DNA of 7,351 bases, from IMG/VR virus record IMGVR_UViG_2693429524_000006, one strand, 5' to 3'. Of this stretch, positions 4,980-7,351 are shown piece by piece; the first letter of the stretch is position 1; the number at the start of each line of letters is the position of its first letter. The stretch comes from a virus. Lineage: Duplodnaviria; Heunggongvirae; Uroviricota; Caudoviricetes. Below the pieces are notes generated by a model that saw only the letters and a program-made list of their open reading frames with translations, was not told where the DNA came from and made no database searches. The position numbers and the translations under genes are program-made.

Positions 4980-5023
4980 TTACCGCAAAGGTAATGATAA
5001 GCGCTAAGAAATATTAAAATCAA
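4980..5023 (-). promoter_or_regulatory. leader promoter of antirepressor C (TTGATT-N18-TATCAT) with TTACC-N5-GGTAA repeat
   Basis: minus-strand -35 at 5018-5023, -10 at 4994-4999, inverted repeat 4980-4994. Confidence 0.5.
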
Positions 5024-5141
5024 CCATATTTGGTTAATGCGTATAAAAGAGCCAGCAGCGAGAAATTGTGCCGCGACGTAAAATAACGAGCATCTGCTGG
5101 CTTACAACCAGCGATGTTTCAAATTTGTCACTATTATCAAC

Positions 5142-5489
5142 GTGCCATTCCACGGCGCAGAGCTTTATGTTGTCAATCACAACGGCGAACCGTATACCCC
5201 AATGAAACCTATCGTTGAGGGAATGGGGCTAGACTGGAAATCTCAACATAAGAAGATTTCTCAACGCTTCTCGAAGGGTATGGTGGAAATCACCATACCT
5301 TCTGCCGGTGGGGTGCAAGCCATGATTTGTATGGCTTTACGAAAATTGGCAGCTTGGTTGAACAGCATCAGCCCTAACAAAGTCCGCCCTGAAATCCGCG
5401 AAAGTATTGAAACATCAACCGTATCGATATCGACACGGTTGATTATGACGGTAACTTATTTCCGTGTGTCCTATTTCTCCCGCCACTAA
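5142..5489 (+). pseudogene. probable remnant of an antirepressor N-terminal domain gene (P22 Ant-N/Rha-like); truncated
   Basis: no ATG start (GTG at 5142, no SD; frame open back to 5082); PIVEGMGLDWKSQ...GGVQAMICMALRKLAAWLNSISPNKVRPEIRE resembles antirepressor N-domains as recalled; last ~25 residues look like out-of-frame junk. Confidence 0.35.
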
Positions 5490-5786
5490 CTAATTATATT
5501 TGTCTTTAAAAATTTCATGGAATGATTGAGAGTAAGACTTGCCATACTTCAAATAACATTCTTCATCCAACTTTCTTAATGAACTTCGAACCTGTTCGTG
5601 GCATACAGCAAAAAAAACAAGTCCGCCGCCTATTAATACCCCTATTGATATTGGGTTCGCAACATCCCATAAAAAATCGGCTAACAGAGCAAATACCCCA
5701 CCGCCGCCAATAAATGCCCCTATAGCTCGGTTCGTTTTAGCTTGCTCATAGCGTCTCTCTAACTCACTAAACTCTTTAATATCCAT
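5490..5786 (-). CDS. small membrane protein (98 aa) with two glycine-rich predicted TM segments
   Basis: ATG at 5786 with AGAGGT about 7 nt upstream; starts 18 nt after the stop of 5805..7190; segments AIGAFIGGGGVFALLADFLW and ISIGVLIGGGLVFFAV. Confidence 0.75.
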   Translation of the reverse strand: MDIKEFSELERRYEQAKTNRAIGAFIGGGGVFALLADFLWDVANPISIGVLIGGGLVFFAVCHEQVRSSLRKLDEECYLKYGKSYSQSFHEIFKDKYN

Positions 5787-5804
5787 ATAAGCACCTCTAT
5801 AAAA

Positions 5805-7190
5805 TTACTTCATCACCGGATCCACCTGGTTTATTAGTGGCGCAATCCAGAACAGGTTATTGCCGGGTATCAGGGTTCGGACATTATGCACAATACGATC
5901 ACCGGCATCACCATTCAACACTCCTGCGGTCACATCAATGATGCTATCCGCAAGACCAAATGACGGTCCGAATAGAGATCCTACGAATCCACGACTGGCA
6001 TACCTAGACTGTGTGCCAGTGCCAAATAAAGCCCCCAGCCCAACAGCACCACCAGTAGCCTTTTCAGCCATGTTGTTATATTCCATCAATGGCCCAAGAA
6101 TACCGGATCTATCTATACCCTCAAGCACCAGCTTCTCTGGTGACCAGTCAACATTTTTCCCTTTCGATGCTTCTTTTAGCGCATAGACCAGTGAGCCAAG
6201 AGCAATCTGAAATGCAGTGCCATAATAAAATTGCGCAGTTCCTTCCTGTAACCCACCAAGTAGCGCACGGTTGTATGAAGCCGTTGTGAATGATTTAAAC
6301 TGAAATATCGTTCGCCCCATTGGAGTACTCGCCCATAAAGGTGTGTCACCAATACCGGGGGTGATGATAGTGTTATTAACGTCTTTCAGAACCGCTGACT
6401 GGAATACTCCGGCAACGTACTGATCGTCCCATTTATCAAAGTTACCAATGTGCCATCCATCAATTACCTCACCATGTTTCTCGAACTCACTGCGAATACG
6501 CGCAGCCATATTGTCGTTGATACCGAGTTTTGCCATGCGACGTGCAGAAAACGCACCAGACAAAATACCGTCTGACGTGAGCATTCCGTTCATGGATTTG
6601 TTTATGTCATTAAATCGATCCATGAGTGTCAGCTTGCCGAAGGCATCAGTAATTCGCTCCATTCCTGCTTCGACTGCTGTTGTCCTGGAAGAACTGTCAA
6701 CAAGATCACCAATTGCACGAGAACGTGAATGTAGTACAGCTTCCAATCCAATCCCCATCTTCAACATCTCTTCTTTGCTGGCCTTAAATGCCGGTGATTG
6801 GGATATCTGAGAAGCATAGCCTTTCATGGTGTTACGGAAACCATTAACCATAACCCCTCTGGCCAGATCTGGAATAGCTGATACTGTCATTCCACCGAGT
6901 TTGGTCGTGAAGTTCACATCCCGCAGAAAAGCGCCAGCACGAACAAAAAACGAAGACGGATCATCAGGCATACCATATGTACCAACAAGACGATCGCGTA
7001 ATGCTGTTATGTCTCTGAGATCATTTGCTCTTGATTTTGAAAGTCTGGACTGTTCTTTCCGTAATTCCTTTTCGTACTTTCGCATTAATGAATCGAGTTT
7101 ACCCTGAGGAACAACTTCACCATTGCTCTCATAACGTGCTTTCAGATTTGCCACACTTTCGTCATATTTCGCCTTTATTTTTTCAGGCAC
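5805..7190 (-). CDS. hypothetical protein of at least 461 aa with coiled-coil N-terminus and Gly-rich C-terminus; possibly a phage virion or ejection-type protein; start uncertain
   Basis: long uninterrupted ORF ending TAA at 5805-5807; track start is GTG at 7190 with weak SD; in-frame sequence upstream stays coding-like to a stop at 7296-7298 with no ATG. Confidence 0.75.
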   Translation of the reverse strand: MPEKIKAKYDESVANLKARYESNGEVVPQGKLDSLMRKYEKELRKEQSRLSKSRANDLRDITALRDRLVGTYGMPDDPSSFFVRAGAFLRDVNFTTKLGGMTVSAIPDLARGVMVNGFRNTMKGYASQISQSPAFKASKEEMLKMGIGLEAVLHSRSRAIGDLVDSSSRTTAVEAGMERITDAFGKLTLMDRFNDINKSMNGMLTSDGILSGAFSARRMAKLGINDNMAARIRSEFEKHGEVIDGWHIGNFDKWDDQYVAGVFQSAVLKDVNNTIITPGIGDTPLWASTPMGRTIFQFKSFTTASYNRALLGGLQEGTAQFYYGTAFQIALGSLVYALKEASKGKNVDWSPEKLVLEGIDRSGILGPLMEYNNMAEKATGGAVGLGALFGTGTQSRYASRGFVGSLFGPSFGLADSIIDVTAGVLNGDAGDRIVHNVRTLIPGNNLFWIAPLINQVDPVMK

Positions 7191-7351
7191 TTCCCGTAAC
7201 AGACTGTCATATTCGTCCTCAATTAATTGCAGACGCTCAGTGAACCGCCCCGGGTTTCCTGGAGAGTGTTTTATCTGTGAACTCAGGCTGCCAGATCATC
7301 GTTTCCGATGGAAGCATAATAAGCTTTTTCTGCTTCTGCCGGAGGAGTATG

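Noticed and set aside
5522-5713. Plus-strand ORF 5522..5713
   Set aside because: Antisense shadow of the 98-aa membrane protein gene
5860-7243. Plus-strand ORFs 5860..6186, 6089..6289, 6448..6810, 6826..7107 and 7025..7243
   Set aside because: All lie antisense within the long minus-strand gene 5805..7190; Pro/Ser/Ala-rich shadow translations
7299-7351. Possible plus-strand gene start at the window edge (GGAGGAG then ATG at 7349) and a minus-strand frame ending at 7237
   Set aside because: SD-to-ATG spacing is only 1-3 nt and the reading frame leaves the window immediately; the minus-strand frame enters from outside the window and cannot be evaluated
1-7351. CRISPR arrays, rRNA/tRNA genes, IS elements or transposase, integrase or att sites
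   Set aside because: No short regularly spaced direct repeats, no rRNA/tRNA signatures, no terminal inverted repeats flanking a transposase-like ORF; the repeats found are the leader inverted duplication and the 62-bp unit

Overview
This window reads as an enterobacterial prophage immunity/antirepressor region (ImmI-like), built from recombined modules. Everything below is from reading the sequence by eye, with no database or folding tool. There are three antirepressor paralogs that share an identical C-terminal module: A (only the 3' end, 1..99, +), B (2182..2877, +, Bro-N type) and C (4051..4707, -, AntA/Rha-like N-terminus). B and C each sit behind a ~320-bp structured leader, present as inverted copies (1869..2181 and 4708..5023). 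Each leader has a promoter, an internal intrinsic terminator and a c4-like RNA pairing architecture; the two copies differ by compensatory substitutions at every pairing site. Downstream of ant A and ant B is a conserved 'slot' (hairpin, strong promoter, operator-like repeat ... terminator) holding different cargo: an unknown 211-aa protein (328..963), and a 59-aa ORF overlapping a tentatively YafO-like toxin gene (3025..3724). Other genes are a membrane-anchored tandem zinc-ribbon protein (1056..1784, -), a decayed antirepressor N-domain remnant (5142..5489), and a minus-strand operon of a >=461-aa protein plus a 98-aa two-TM membrane protein (5490..7190). No rRNA, tRNA, CRISPR, transposase or integrase signal was seen. 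Protein family calls are from memory of conserved motifs and need HMM confirmation.
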